NCBI GenBank assembly: GCA_002633005.1
Contig: NMRA01000070.1
Coordinates: forward strand, 991,039 to 1,055,038
Length of the DNA: 64,000 bases
Reading direction: 5' to 3'
From: Phoronis australis
Lineage: Eukaryota > Animalia > Phoronida
The translations under genes and the position numbers were made by a program. How positions within the stretch are numbered: position 1 is the first letter of the stretch; each line of letters starts with the position of its first letter. Shown here in pieces: positions 1-13,068 of the stretch. Below the pieces are notes generated by a model. It saw nothing but the letters and a program-made list of their open reading frames with translations, was not told where the DNA came from and made no database searches.

Positions 1-1824
1 AAATGTCAAGGTTTTCCGTTAATTATTGGCTGGAAACTTTTGTTTTCAGTCAACCTATACACCTCTTATCCGTGTTCATTATTTCAACATTCACTCGCAA
101 TGTCAGCTGAATTTGGAATGCCTAATTAACTTCATTATCACAAAACACTTAATTAGCGAAGTCGATTTCCAATGCATCGGAGTCAAACTGGTGCATTGTG
201 GTCCACTTTAATGTAGGTCAACAATTCATTGTTATACACACCACGCGCCGAGATACTGACATGAAACCAAGTACACGTACGGAATGAATAGCAGAAATCA
301 AGTCGGTGGTTAAAGCGCTTCGTGAAACAGCGAAATGTCAAATTACCTGTACACTTAAAGGATTTGGATGATGACCTATTTTTAACAACTTGCTGTGTTC
401 GTGAACACAGTCACAGAGGCGTGAGGCGACTTGTAGCATTCGTTCTCAGCGGTCTAGAGCATCTAGAAACATAACTCTTTCAATATCAAAACTACGTGTT
501 GTCTTCGTTTTTTCCCGGCATCTTTCTATCATATCTACACGTCGTTGACTCTATATTATGGCGACTCGGTGAATGAAGGGAATGAGCGTACATAAGGAGC
601 TGCGCTTTGCCTGGCGGGAGATTTGATTTCAGTGACAGCCCCGTAAACTTTGACCTTTGATAACTGCAGCAGAAAACAAAAGTCCACGCGGTTGTGCTGT
701 TCCAAAGTGGTTCTCATGGGCGGTGAACAATAGGGGGCTGGGGGGACTATAACCCCCACTTTTTCAGTGAGAATTGAGCTTAACCGTATCATATCTATTA
801 GGGGTGCTGTCGTGGATTTTAGTGACTAAATTGAGAGAGAGAGACATAATTACACATACTAGAATTCACTTCTGAACATGTTTTTAAATCATTATGTACT
901 GGCCTGCAAACTCATTCCATTATATTCGTTGACCACCAAAACAAGGGTGCAAATACCAAAATAATCTACATGTAGTGCCCTGTCGTGAAGTTACGAGCAG
1001 AAACACAATTTTAAATAATGACCTCCCTTATTTACATAAATTATGAAAATGTATCTGGAAGCAACCCATAACATTACTTCAGAGACTTAACACGAACTGA
1101 TCACAGAAACGTGAGTGCAAATATCAATATAATTTACCTTTGGTGCCTGATTCCACTTTCAAAGTACATTGTAGCTCCGTTAGATTCACTGTACACATAA
1201 ACACGGGAGCAAATATAAATGTCTTTCCAAATGATCTCGTGCACATTAGTGCAAAAATCCCCTTAATTACAACAGCAGATTTTAATAATGACACATTTCA
1301 TATAATTTGACCAATGCTACCTGATACCGCATCCAAACGTACACGTAGGATTTTCATAATTAATGCAAATTCTCGATGTATCCACTTCCAATGTGGCTCC
1401 ATTAAATTCACTGACCATAGAAACGTGGGTAAACATATTCAAAATATTCTACCTGAAATCCTTAGAAAGGTAGTTAAAAGTAAAAACAGAATAATGGCTG
1501 CCTTAGTTGACCTTATTTACAAAATACTCAAGGTTATTAAGATTAAAACCAAGCTAAAATGCTTCAGGAGGGTTATCTAGACATGAAACAACCAAAACAC
1601 TGATTCTGTCAAGAATGTCTAGGCCGGTTAAGCAATCTGGCCCCGTTGCATAGAGTTTGCCGAGTCACCGGATATGGAACATTTTCGGGACACATGTAAA
1701 GTTTAGGTGTACGGTCATGGAATTTGTGTATGTATATACATAAGATCTAGAGAACACTTGCATCAGATATAAATTTATGTATACGCAGTACGTGCTTTTA
1801 TCGCAACTGCCTTTTATTGCTTAC

Positions 1825-2238
1825 CTCGGTGACTGCCGTGTAAGTGAAAACACTCGTATCATACTCCCACTGTGTGCATTCTTCTGTGGAAATCTTCGAA
1901 TTCGCTAAAGTATAATTCCTAGATCCAGAGCTATTATCGTCATGAACCAAAATGTAGCTGATTGAAGACAGATTGAAAATCAGACAACGACTGAACGTAC
2001 CAGTTTCCTCTAAAGGTATTGTTAATTGTTTTCGATCGTCCATGGAGAAGTTTGCGAACTCGACTGGTGCGGCGCACCAGTGATCAGGCACGGCTGCGAC
2101 AAAAACGTAAGCCATAGCACTAAAACAGCCTATGAAACCAGTCATTGCCAATAACATATAATGAAAGCGTTGGTATCTTCCAAATTCCCCTATACCAACA
2201 AGGAATTTGTCTAAGCCAACGAAAACACTTCCCGACAT
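1825..2238 (-). CDS. First coding exon of an SLC22 (organic cation/carnitine transporter, MFS) gene; downstream exons lie further toward/beyond the left window edge
   Basis: ATG at 2238 gives MSGSVFVGLDKFLVGIGEFGRYQ..., with hydrophobic TM1, VPDHWC and C-x2-WEYD...TAVTE, the SLC22 N-terminal extracellular loop. The frame is followed at once by a GAG|GTAAGC donor (phase 0) at 1825/1824. Confidence 0.9.
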
Positions 2239-3588
2239 ATTGCACTGCAAAACTGAGAACTCGAGCGGCAAATACGTGTGCATGTGTGTATCACAAAGCT
2301 TGAAGGTCGGCGCTACTACCTCATCCAGGGTGACCAAAAGCCGGCCATTTCAAGAATGACCGAAAGTCAACAGCTGCCGAAACTAAAAATAGCCCAGCGT
2401 CGTTGAAATACTGTATCTATGACAATGACCGAAAAATGATGCGCTCGAGACGTAAGTTATGTCAAGACGTGACCTTAAATTATTCACAGAAAACCCCCTC
2501 AAGTCGGGAAAAATGACTTTATTATCACGAACTGATATTTGAGCTTACCACAGAGTCATCTATTGGGCAAACGCTCAACATCCGTTCACCTATAGGGGGC
2601 ACAGAATAGTTCTCGCTGGGGTTTACCGGTCAGATCGTACGATAATGGACTTGATGCACTTTCTTCACTCTGACGAAAAGAGTAAGCAACGAATTAAAAG
2701 TCATTTCAAATAACAAGACCTAGAGATTTGCACAGAAACGTTATCATCTCTTGTGCTTTTCACTCTTTCTAACTGAACAGCAACTGAAGAAGGATAAAGA
2801 ACTGGTAAAAATACAAAATCAGCACTTTTCGCCCAAAACCACAACTTCCTGCCGATGCTGCATTTATGTGCCATCTTATTCAAGTGACCATGCAACATCT
2901 AGCCATGGGATACAAAAAGCATGCCATTAGCTTAATTTTAAAGTCTTATTACTACAACCAAACTACAAACCCACTAGGTTACTTTACGAATTAGCCCAAA
3001 GCTTGATACCCACAGGGTGAAAGGAATGTAATGGTCTTTACCGGTATTTTTGTCTGAGACACTACAAGCGCAACATCGTCTGTCACAGCAATACGAAGTA
3101 AGGACAGGACAACTGAAGTGGCGACGCGACTGGCAGACTCCTTCCCAAATCTGAAAATCGCGATCACCGGTTCAGCCATACGTGGCTTCGTGAAGAGAAA
3201 TTACTTGCCATAATTCTGCCGCATTTTTACTGAAATCGCGGAATATCACGAGTGACATTAAGTTATATCGCCTCTGAAATTTGTAGTGTAGAATACAAAA
3301 AATCAAAATGAGCTGTTCAATTTTATGCAGCAATTTAGTTTTAGATCACTGAAAAATTGATGTATTTGAATTCAAAAACATGATAATGTCTATGGTTTTT
3401 TCAATAAAACATAATTGAAAATATGTACGCGAGTACCAAACACTAACGAAAGCGGTACCTTGTGCTTCCGAACGCCCATGAAAATAGTTAAAATCTGCGT
3501 TTAAGGATCCTCACCAAGTCTCAAATTGCTACATGTAAACCGATCAGTGTCATCTTGTGGCGTACGAAGCTGCGCGACAGGTGGATAT

Positions 3589-3999
3589 GCTGTGCGTGAA
3601 CCTAGGATCTCGCTTATTCAATACCGCGTATGCGTGAACTTGAAATAAGCGAGGCAAGTTGGCAAGTTCACTCAAATAATCACGTTCATGTTCATGTTCA
3701 TAAAAATTTGCACTGTACTCAATCAAATTGAATAAAATAATGTCGATTTTAACCAACCTTTTCAACTACTGCGATCTATTTCACCTATTAACAATAACTG
3801 ATTTATCCACTCAAATATTCCTCCGGTTCTGCGACACAAGTTACGGTAAAGGAGAAAATGGGTGTTCGTGAGGCCAATAATTACAAAAATTCTTTTCATT
3901 GAACAAAAAATTCACCTGATTGCCTTGAGAAATATTCAATTCTAAGTTCACGCATACGCGATCTTGAGATTAAGTATGATTCCAAGTTCACTCACAGCA
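3589..3999. mobile_element. ~410-bp MITE with ~55-bp imperfect TIRs
   Basis: GCTGTGCGTGAAC...GCGTATGCGTGAACTT (3589-3641) is the reverse complement of AAGTTCACGCATACGC...GTTCACTCACAGC (3944-3998). No ORF. Confidence 0.6.
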
Positions 4000-6900
4000 G
4001 AACAACAATAAAATCCTCCCAACGCCAGTAGAACATACACGAGTCTGGTCAGTTCAACAACTCCCTTACACCAACGTTCCGTAGCGCGATAAACGAGATT
4101 ACATGTTCGATCTACAACTATAAAATTTCTTTTTTAATAATCAGATTAAAGTCAAGCGTGGTTTTGCGTGTTCAACCGTCGCATTGATTGGATTTGGTTT
4201 CGCTCAATTGAGTTGCCGCTAGAATTTAGGCCTACTTTCCTAGCAACAATTTCGCAGGGATTGTTGCAAAAGATGTTCTTGATACGCTAATAGAAAATTG
4301 GGCATTTTCTTGAAGAGTTTTTCATGTTTAAAAACACTTTGCAGCCTCTATAGTTGCTTTCCACATGCCTTCAATTTTCTCGGCCAAATAATTAACCTAT
4401 CGCATGCTCCGCCCCCTTGCGAAGTATCGGCAAACAAACAATAACTTTTACCTGGCAACGCGTAGTTTGTCGGGTAAAATGGCGACTTGGAAACGAATGT
4501 GTGTCGTGAATGCTGAGTTCTGATTGGTTAGTTAAGCCGTCACTCAATGTCTTGGCGATAGGTCAATTGGTTCCACAGTGATACAAAGGATGGCGAATTC
4601 CACTTCGATCTCAGAAATCATTGTACTTCTGGAAAACAAATTACAGCCCGCACGAGTTGTTATATTGCAAACAGACTCAATCTATTGAAAATTTTACTTT
4701 ACATATCGTTAAAATCTCAACTCTCAGGGACATCCATCATTAAATCGAAGCCCCTTTTCTTTCCCCCAAGTGTCCTCGCACAATGACATGTAGAAAATTG
4801 ATATGTTTTAGATCACTCAATAATATCAAGAAACCATTAATTATAATTGATATTCATGCGTATGTATATAATGTATGTTGTGTATATGAAAATGTACCAC
4901 AATGTGTAATAAAATTTGTGTCAATAATAAACAAATTAAAGTTCCACTGATTTTGATGCAGGTTGAAAGTCAGCAAAATTTTTGTCCAAATTCAGTAAAT
5001 TATTTTTTAAACCTAGAGTATTTACCCTCGAATCTACGGTGCGGCTAGAGAGAGGTGCCAACTGAGGTAAACTGATGACGTAACATCTATACTTATTTCG
5101 CTGCGTCCGGAGCGACAATCCCAACAAGTTATGCCCTATATTTGAATGTGAGCACAAACCAAGCATGATGTGCCTTACGGAATTTGAGGTTTTTCACTAA
5201 GCACGTCATCATGTTTCTCTTGCAAAGCGCTTACTTTAGCTCAGGTAGAAAGAAGAAAGCGTGTCGTTTAGAAGGTTTAATTACTTTTTCAAGAACAATA
5301 CGAATTAGTGCAACTTTTCTGGCGATAAAAATTCTCCACTTCGAGAATGTCCCCCTTTCAGCTATATAAACCAATGGCAAGTTTTAAATGACGTCTACAG
5401 AAGATGTACTCATTTTGACGAAACACCTTAATTTGTTTTCGTTTCAGACTTAAGGCTATGTAGGACCACAGAAAAAAAATGTCCATATTTTTGTAACTTT
5501 GCCAAATGACAAATAGAATTTAAAATAAACTTGCAGATATTATGTATTTTAAATGATCCGTTTGTGGAGCAGGGGCTATTATAAAACATGATCTTGTTTT
5601 ATTTTCAAGAAAAACAAAATCTAAAGTGTCATAAAATACTGTTGTAACCGTTCTTTACTGTATTGTTCAAGACTGTATTGTATTCAAATAGCCAATCTTT
5701 TTGATGTTTGCAAATATACATTGGTTTTGAACTTGAGTTCCGTCTATTTCAAATGGTTAATGTATCTGAACATTCTTGACTGCTCATTCCACAGCGTTCC
5801 AGAATTCCTTACTATATCACGTCGCCAATACGATGTGGCCTTCAATAGGCTGAAGGAGACAAGAACGTCAAATATAAGGATTTACTATCAGGAACTTGCC
5901 TATCTTACGTATTACAGAGACATCTATTTACAACTTGTCAATGTGCTGGAACTCGACCAGGGTAGAGTTCAATAACGCTAGAACCTCACTAGAAAAGCAA
6001 AACTTCATGCGCTAGACTACGCGAGATATTGCCGTTTACTTTGAATGAGTGAACGTGATTTTGGCTAGCTTTTTCTAGCCGCGACACAGCTACTGATCTC
6101 TACCCAGGCCTTAGCAACTTGTCTTAGCTCTGCTATACATTGTTGTGAAGATTTTAAGGTCAAAATATCAAACACGTGAAAATTGGTGTGACACCCGCCT
6201 CCCGAGGCAAAAACTGCGCGGTTTTTAATTTGCCGTAGGCGTGAGTTGTGACCTACAGTAAGCTCGAGTGAATTCCAGGGTATCATGTCTCCGTCTGTGG
6301 TTGCACTATGAGATCAGCTTGCCGACTGGAGTGAAAAACGGCAGAGCACATAGCTAACATCAATGAGTGAACGTGCGTTAATAGTTGAAAGAACCATATA
6401 GTAGCTGATGATGTAGTTGTTTATGACAACAGTTATAATTAACGTGCAATTCATAGCCAGGAAATGTAAGATTTTCATAAAAATTATGTTAGATAAAATT
6501 ATGGCCAAAATTAAATTTGATCAGCTGTAAAATTATAAGGGCCACGTGGATGGCTGCCAAATATCTTGCACTGATCAACTAATTGTAAGAGCATGGTGAG
6601 ATTTTTCGAAATGGTAGGCACGTTGTCCTAATCTTACGTCAGCAGTTTGTATTTTAACTGAGTCGATAAATAAATGCGTTGCGTTGCGTTATGTTCGCAG
6701 GTCGCGGTAAAACTAAAAAGCAAAACCCGAAGCACACCACGGCACACCAAGAGCTGTTCATATGCCCTCATCACACATCTTCGCGCTTAATTAGTAGTTT
6801 GCTGATTAATAATACGGAACGTTTTGCAAATAATGAAACGATTCATTCATTTGCAATCAATGAAAAAGACATATTAAAAACCTTGTTCAAAACTTTAAGA

Positions 6901-9549
6901 TCTAACCGTGACCGGAAATTTTAAGAGGTTAGTCAGAAGAAATAACTAAATGTCATTTTTCAAAGTCCAGAAGTCACACCTACTGTACATGTATGTAATT
7001 TGACTAAGGGGGAATTTGAGACCAATTCCATAACGATAAGTTGCCTACATTAAAACCTGAATTTTTACAACGGTTTAATGCTGCTTTAATAAAAAAAAAC
7101 ATAACAATTTCCACCACCAGACAGCAAACCAGTTTAAAAGGGCTGTTATTAAATGACAATAGAGAGATCTGACAACCGCCCTCATAATGTAAGCCTTGTG
7201 CTAATACCAGAACTTCAATACCTCGCATCAAACCAACGTGGCATAATCATGCAAACAAAATCCTGCTGGCATACCGGATTCCTGGCAACATGGCAAATTG
7301 GAAGCCTTTGTTTCGCATTAATGTTGTAAAAAATGGTTCATTAACCACCACCAGGTTATTGGGCGTTTATGTAAAATACTTTCATGCTTGTAGAAGGTGT
7401 CCATGGACTGTGGGACGCGTCTAGAACTTAATTCACAGATTTATGTACCGTCTGGCACATTCAAACTGCTGACACTTAGAAAATGACTACTTCAGAACTC
7501 GTTTTAGTGGGAATGATGTTTGGACTGAAATCTTAACTTCGCGGCGCAAAACGTGCTCCTTGAATGATTGCGTTACGACGGTTTGTAATCAGCGTTTATT
7601 GTGTCACTGAACCCTTCTTTGTGGAAAGCGAGTATGATGAAATTGTACACCTGACCGATTCAATAAGATGCATGTAAATTTCTTCATTCCAAACTTAGCT
7701 CGTCAAACTATGGATATATTAAAACACCACTTCCCGAACATCTCTTCACCAATTTGGAGGTGATTCTTGATCTCCGCGCTCGCCAGAATCCATTCGAATA
7801 CTTTTGTGGGTATATTTAAATGAGTTTTCGTATAAAACCTATGAACATAAAGGTAGCAGTCTTAGATACTCATAACACATTAGCTAATGAGAAACGTAAT
7901 TTAATGGCTGGGCGGGAGGTAGAGCACACAGTTCAAATAATTATGCGCCAAAGGAGTTCTTTGAAAGCTCACAAGCTTGAAGGGTTAGAACTCTCACACT
8001 TAGTCTATGCTGTCTGCAAGAAGATAAAATACGTAATCTCTTCTCAAATTGTTCTCATTTAAACGCATATTACACCAGGTTTTGTTGATTTTACCCAGAA
8101 CTGCTTCCGTCATGTACTGGTGTGTAGCTGTACCTTTCTGGAAAAAGGAAAGCATTATTCAGCCAAAATCCTGTCCTCACTGAGTCACAAAATGGAATCG
8201 TGGTTAGATACGTAATGTTTTCCCTACAGTCGTGAGCTGGCTCATCTTAAGTGCTAGTCAAATATTTAATAGTTAAGTCAGTGTGTTTTTAAAATGCCAC
8301 GTTATTTAGGGACACCCTGTATGAATGGGATTCCGTTGCTCGAGCAAAAATCCGGCTATAGTTTGATAGCATGCGTTTGTTTACGCTCTGACAATAGTCA
8401 TGGTAAGTATTAGATTACTTCTTGTGTCTAGCAACGTGTTACGTCATTTTCGAACTTTATTTGTTGAGTTCCAGATCGCTCAGAAGTTTTCTTTAGTAGG
8501 AAATCATAAACATAAATTTTAAAAACATGCAGATTTAACATATTTTAATTAAGCTAATGCTGTAAGCCAGGTGTCGGAGTTGCCTACAGTTATTTTTCAC
8601 CGTGCTTGCTTTGTAGCCATATGTAAACGTCTTTAGCTCAAAGAAAATTTATGATTCATTGAAAGTTCCCTGTCTAAGCGAATGCCATAATGTGAAAAAA
8701 TTGCAAAGCTTTGTTGACAATTTTGTGAATAGGCATTTAGATAAGCCTACTATAACATTCGCAAATCATTTCTGTCACCGTTCACTTTAATGTAGACCGG
8801 CCATCGAGCGACAACGCAGGGGAGCTGAGATTGGTGGGATAAAAACTAATTTCATGAATAACTTCTGTCAAAAAACAATCCCGCAATATTCACGTAATGA
8901 TTACATAAAAATTATTAATAAGCGCCTTTTTTGACATTTACTCGCTATCTTAAGAGGAACCTGCGTGTGTCTACATGTATAAAGCGAAGTGTAAAACCTG
9001 GTTCATCACTCTACCTAGTTCTCTAACAATTGGCTCTAATGCGCATGCCCGCGGACTAATATTTATGTGACAGGGAAGATTGCATTTTCAAACGAAGCCA
9101 CTATAAAAATTACGAACATTATTAACAAGCGTGAATTCATTATCGGATTTTGAAATTAAATCGCAAACGGAAATATACTGAATTTTTATTTTTCGTTTTT
9201 GCAAATTGGAAATGGAACAGTAGACAAAATCGGACTTACGATTTTCGTTTTAAGAACAAGGTAGGATGTGGAACTAAAGACAAATTTTCAATTTTCATGT
9301 TTCAAATGTAAATTGACATATTGAACGATTTTCCATTTTCGCTTTGCATATTGAAAACTAAATTAGGACAATGCACAATGATTCCGCTACTGTATTTAGC
9401 ACAATGGATTTGACTGGGCGGAATATTATTTGGCCGCTACTGCGAAATTAGTGGACTTTCTTTTAAAGCTCCTAAAGGTCAGGGCCAACTCATTACATCG
9501 GCTTTTGCATACTCTTAACTTTTTTGTTTTTGTCTGTTTGTTTTCTTAG

Positions 9550-11007
9550 GCTTTAAGGAGCACTTTGCTAGCCGTCTCCTTCCTAGTTGGCATGCAAACG
9601 GGTCAATCATATCAAAGAGACAAGCGCATGTGTCAAATCATAGAGAGTGCATTCAACTTGAACACGGATGACGACTGGTCCCCAGTTGGCAAGAAAAACA
9701 AAATTGAGGAGAAAACACCATTTCGTGAGCCGACTAACAGCAAAAATGTTCTGGGCAAAAGTTTCTTTCTACCTGGCGTAGACCTCTACAGTGATCGCGT
9801 CGGCGGAACTTCCGTATTTGACGAGATTGACCCAAAGTGTCTTTTGGTGTACCCGAAACAGAGGCAAACGAGACAAAACCTGTATTATTATGAAAACACT
9901 CAGTCATTTTACAACAAGCTTGCTACGACCAGCAACCTAAAGACTACGGTCACAGGCAAATATACGATGGGGAGGACACTGAAGGTAAAGACCAACTCCA
10001 TTTCACGTGGCTCAACCGACGTGAGCGGCAACACCCTAAGGATGTGGACGCACATTGAAACCCACGTGTTGGATGACGGATGTTACCGTTTACCTGGAAA
10101 TCCGTTGGCCGCGACTGTTCTAAACGCACTACGTGAACTACCTTTGTCGATCGGCAGACCCGAATTGAAGGCGTCCTGGAAACTTTATGAAAACTTTCTA
10201 GAAAAATATGGCTCTCATGTTGTGACAAAGATTCACTTAGGTTCTTCTATTCGTTCTTGGACGTTTTCCAAGAGAACCAAAAATTATTCTCAGAGGCAAT
10301 TTCAAGTATCAGCTTGCATTAACTTCGAAGGTCAGGCAGATGTGGGTAAGCTTGGTGTCGATGCCTGCAAAGGTGTGACGCGGGACGAAATTCATGAAGC
10401 GTCCCATTACAAAACATCTTCCAATGTCAACATCCAAGGAGGAACAAACGCAACACGATACAAACTTAAAACAAAGCGTACAAAGCACCTTATTGAGAAA
10501 TTGATGAACGAAGGTCGGACCAATCCCTCACCTGTCGATTACGAGTACGCAGTTATTTGGGACATCATAAAGATGCAATTCTCGGGTACAGACCATGAGA
10601 GTAAAAAAATGAGAGCTAAGGCAGCGAATATCCAACAGTTCTATGAGGGTTTTCAAGACTTCGGTTGCAGCCAACAAATTATAAATGGCTTAAGAATGCG
10701 TTATTTCCGGGAGACTCCCGGTGAGTCGTCACCACTGACTCCCGCGTATGAGTGCTGGATGGAGGGGAAAGGATGCCACTCCGACAAAGATTGCCACGTT
10801 GACGGCGGAGTAGCATATTGTTACGGCAACACGTGCATGGTGCATAAGAGGCCTGCGTTCGGTAACAAAGCTAAATATGCTGTTGCCCAAACTTCTAAAT
10901 CCGGAAATCATGACGATGGCGTAAATCTTTCTTGTTATTCCACTTGGCTAGCCACAGCTAAATGTCACCTTAACTACTTCCAACCTTACAGAATTTGGCC
11001 TCACTAG
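9550..11007 (+). CDS. Secreted MACPF pore-forming protein, similar to sea-anemone PsTX-60/AvTX-60 (DELTA-alicitoxin/thalatoxin-like); single large coding exon
   Basis: 480-aa ORF. A polypyrimidine tract plus TTAG acceptor at 9549 is in frame (ALRSTLLAVSFLVG, signal-peptide-like). Dibasic RDKR site, MACPF signature YENFLEKYGSHVV-x4-LGS, and a Cys-rich C-terminal EGF-like region (CWMEGKGCHSDKDCH...CYGNTC). The start Met is presumably on an upstream exon. Confidence 0.85.
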   Translation, partial: ALRSTLLAVSFLVGMQTGQSYQRDKRMCQIIESAFNLNTDDDWSPVGKKNKIEEKTPFREPTNSKNVLGKSFFLPGVDLYSDRVGGTSVFDEIDPKCLLVYPKQRQTRQNLYYYENTQSFYNKLATTSNLKTTVTGKYTMGRTLKVKTNSISRGSTDVSGNTLRMWTHIETHVLDDGCYRLPGNPLAATVLNALRELPLSIGRPELKASWKLYENFLEKYGSHVVTKIHLGSSIRSWTFSKRTKNYSQRQFQVSACINFEGQADVGKLGVDACKGVTRDEIHEASHYKTSSNVNIQGGTNATRYKLKTKRTKHLIEKLMNEGRTNPSPVDYEYAVIWDIIKMQFSGTDHESKKMRAKAANIQQFYEGFQDFGCSQQIINGLRMRYFRETPGESSPLTPAYECWMEGKGCHSDKDCHVDGGVAYCYGNTCMVHKRPAFGNKAKYAVAQTSKSGNHDDGVNLSCYSTWLATAKCHLNYFQPYRIWPH

Positions 11008-11135
11008 ACTTTATTATCTTGTGTGCCTACGTGTACGTGAACCTACAATAGAAAAGTGAACAATGACTTTGTTGTACATTTATCTCGGGGGGAAATGACA
11101 ATACCATAATATGCTGACATGAATTTTGTCATTTA

Positions 11136-11300
11136 CATGGGCGGATCCAGGATTTTGAGTTGGGGGGACCAGGGCAGACTATTAGCCAGGGTTTTGCCTG
11201 TCAGACATACATGTAGGCACCCCCGAATTGCCCAATGGAATCTTGGAGAATTTTAGGGTGGGGGCATGGCCCCCTTGGCCCCCCTCTAAATCCGCCACTG
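11136..11300. mobile_element. ~165-bp hAT-like MITE (copy 1)
   Basis: Ends CATGGGCGGATCC...ATCCGCCACTG. An inverted sister copy lies at 39643-39790. Confidence 0.65.
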
Positions 11301-12873
11301 ATTTACGTTGAATACTCGCTTGCGGCTTGGTTCAACTCATTGCGCAGTGAGCTCGCACGACTCATTCCAGTATCGTTTGTGTTCCTTATAGCACGAGTCT
11401 AACGATGATAACTGAACGCAGACTGTTTTACTTATCAGTCAAGCAGCTGAAGTCAATTTAAGTTTGGTTCAGTTATAGTGAACCGACTTCTATGATTCGA
11501 ACACCTACATATTTGTGGAATCATTAATTCTTGAAAATGTGTAGTTTTTCAAAAAGCAGTTTCATAACTTAATAAGCAGAGATGTGTATTCTAACGCTTG
11601 ATTAACACAATTTAAAGGGTGGTCAAGTGACTATTAGTTTTTTTCTTGACTATTGGCGGCTCAGTGGCAATCCAGAAGCAATCATGGAAATGCTGCATTG
11701 CAGACGTCTTTTTGTCTCGAAGTTTGACTTTTTAGAGACAATTAGAATAAGAGGAAAGAACCACAGGATGCCACTTAAGATGGTAAATTTTGCAGCCGCC
11801 GAAATCGCTAGTGTGATGCAGGTGGTGATGGCAGGCCTCAAGAAGATTGATGTATTCCATCACACAGCAGACTGGAAAGAACGGCTTCTGCGCAACGGCG
11901 TGACAATATTTGCTAGATTTTACATACAGACATATACTTGTATCTATTTATTGATACCCAGCAGTCTTTTCCTGATCCCTTGATTTTTGTCCAGCTGTGT
12001 ATCTCCTTTTCTCTTCATAGAGTACTGAAGTCATGCACGAACTCAATGTCCTACATTTTGTATTGTTGCTTGGCATGTCTGCCGCCGGCGATCACTACGT
12101 GACTTGCTATTTTTAAACGGGGAAGCGCCATCGCCTTCACTGAACCCCCACATTTCGCGATACAACAACGACATATTAATGTTGATTATTCTTTATATGA
12201 GAAATACTAAATGTGTAATAACGGTTAACCTAAACACTTTTGCCGGTTAGAATCGTTTGAAACCGAGTTTGATGTCCTATTCCAATAAAAGATATGTTAA
12301 ATTTACTTAATTTGAAACAATTCGATTTTATGTTGAAAGACCATAATTTGGGTTCAAGTTTCGAATGACATAGTGTGCTTAAGGATCCGTTTTATGAATT
12401 TTTTAACAAAAATGAAGCGGAAAAAGTGTCTTTCACATACATTCTCACTAGCTGGATATCGGCGAATTGCATTGTTATCTCATATTGCCACGCACATCGA
12501 TTTTCGATGTCTATGCTTATAATATTCCATTCCTATGACATTTCTCATGGAGAGCTGCTGTAACGATTTAGCGCATGCGCAATAGTGTTACAAATATCTT
12601 GTGATAAAAAATTCGAAGTAAAGTTAATGTGAGGAAGTATCGCTGCGTAAAATGTTAACGAATCGTTAAGTGAATGCCAGGAGGAACAAGCGGAGATATT
12701 ATTCACTTATCACCAAGTATGACCATTGACTATAGTACATGGACCGCCAACTCCGTATACTTTCAAAGGACGAAATCTGTGACCTTATGTACAAGCCCTT
12801 ACGTCATTATTTACTGGCGACACCTGGCTAAATTTTCTGGTACAATTTCCGGCAAGTACGTTGTCTGCTAATC

Positions 12874-13068
12874 ATGATCGGCTGCTGTGTGGCCGGTTGT
12901 TCGGCCACACACGCGAAATGCAAAGGCGCTAGCTTCCATACCATCCGAAGACCCCATAATCGGCTGTGGAAAGAAAAGCTTATTTCTTGTGTCAACGCGA
13001 ATGGCAGTTGTTTCAGTAATAAGACCTCATACATTTGTTCAAGGCACTTTGAAGATGAACGTTTTTAA
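12874..13068 (+). pseudogene. THAP zinc-finger domain remnant of P-like transposase
   Basis: MIGCCVAGC...FHTIRRP...W...ICSRHFEDERF has the C-x2-4-C ... C-x2-H-F THAP signature, then stops. Confidence 0.85.

Noticed and set aside
1798-2337. Full 179-aa ORF as listed
   Set aside because: The upstream non-ATG start and the residues after the GTAAG donor are outside the true exon (1825-2238).
7230-7800. Minus-strand IGEEMFGK and GIRYASR, faintly like protein-kinase subdomains I and VIa
   Set aside because: Many stops, no VAVK/HRD/DFG motifs and wrong spacing. It cannot be distinguished from chance.
9130-9390. Periodic ATTTTCGTTTT/GAAA units resembling a repeat-spacer array
   Set aside because: These are degenerate AT-rich subrepeats with no constant repeat, unique spacers or cas genes. 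It is not CRISPR.
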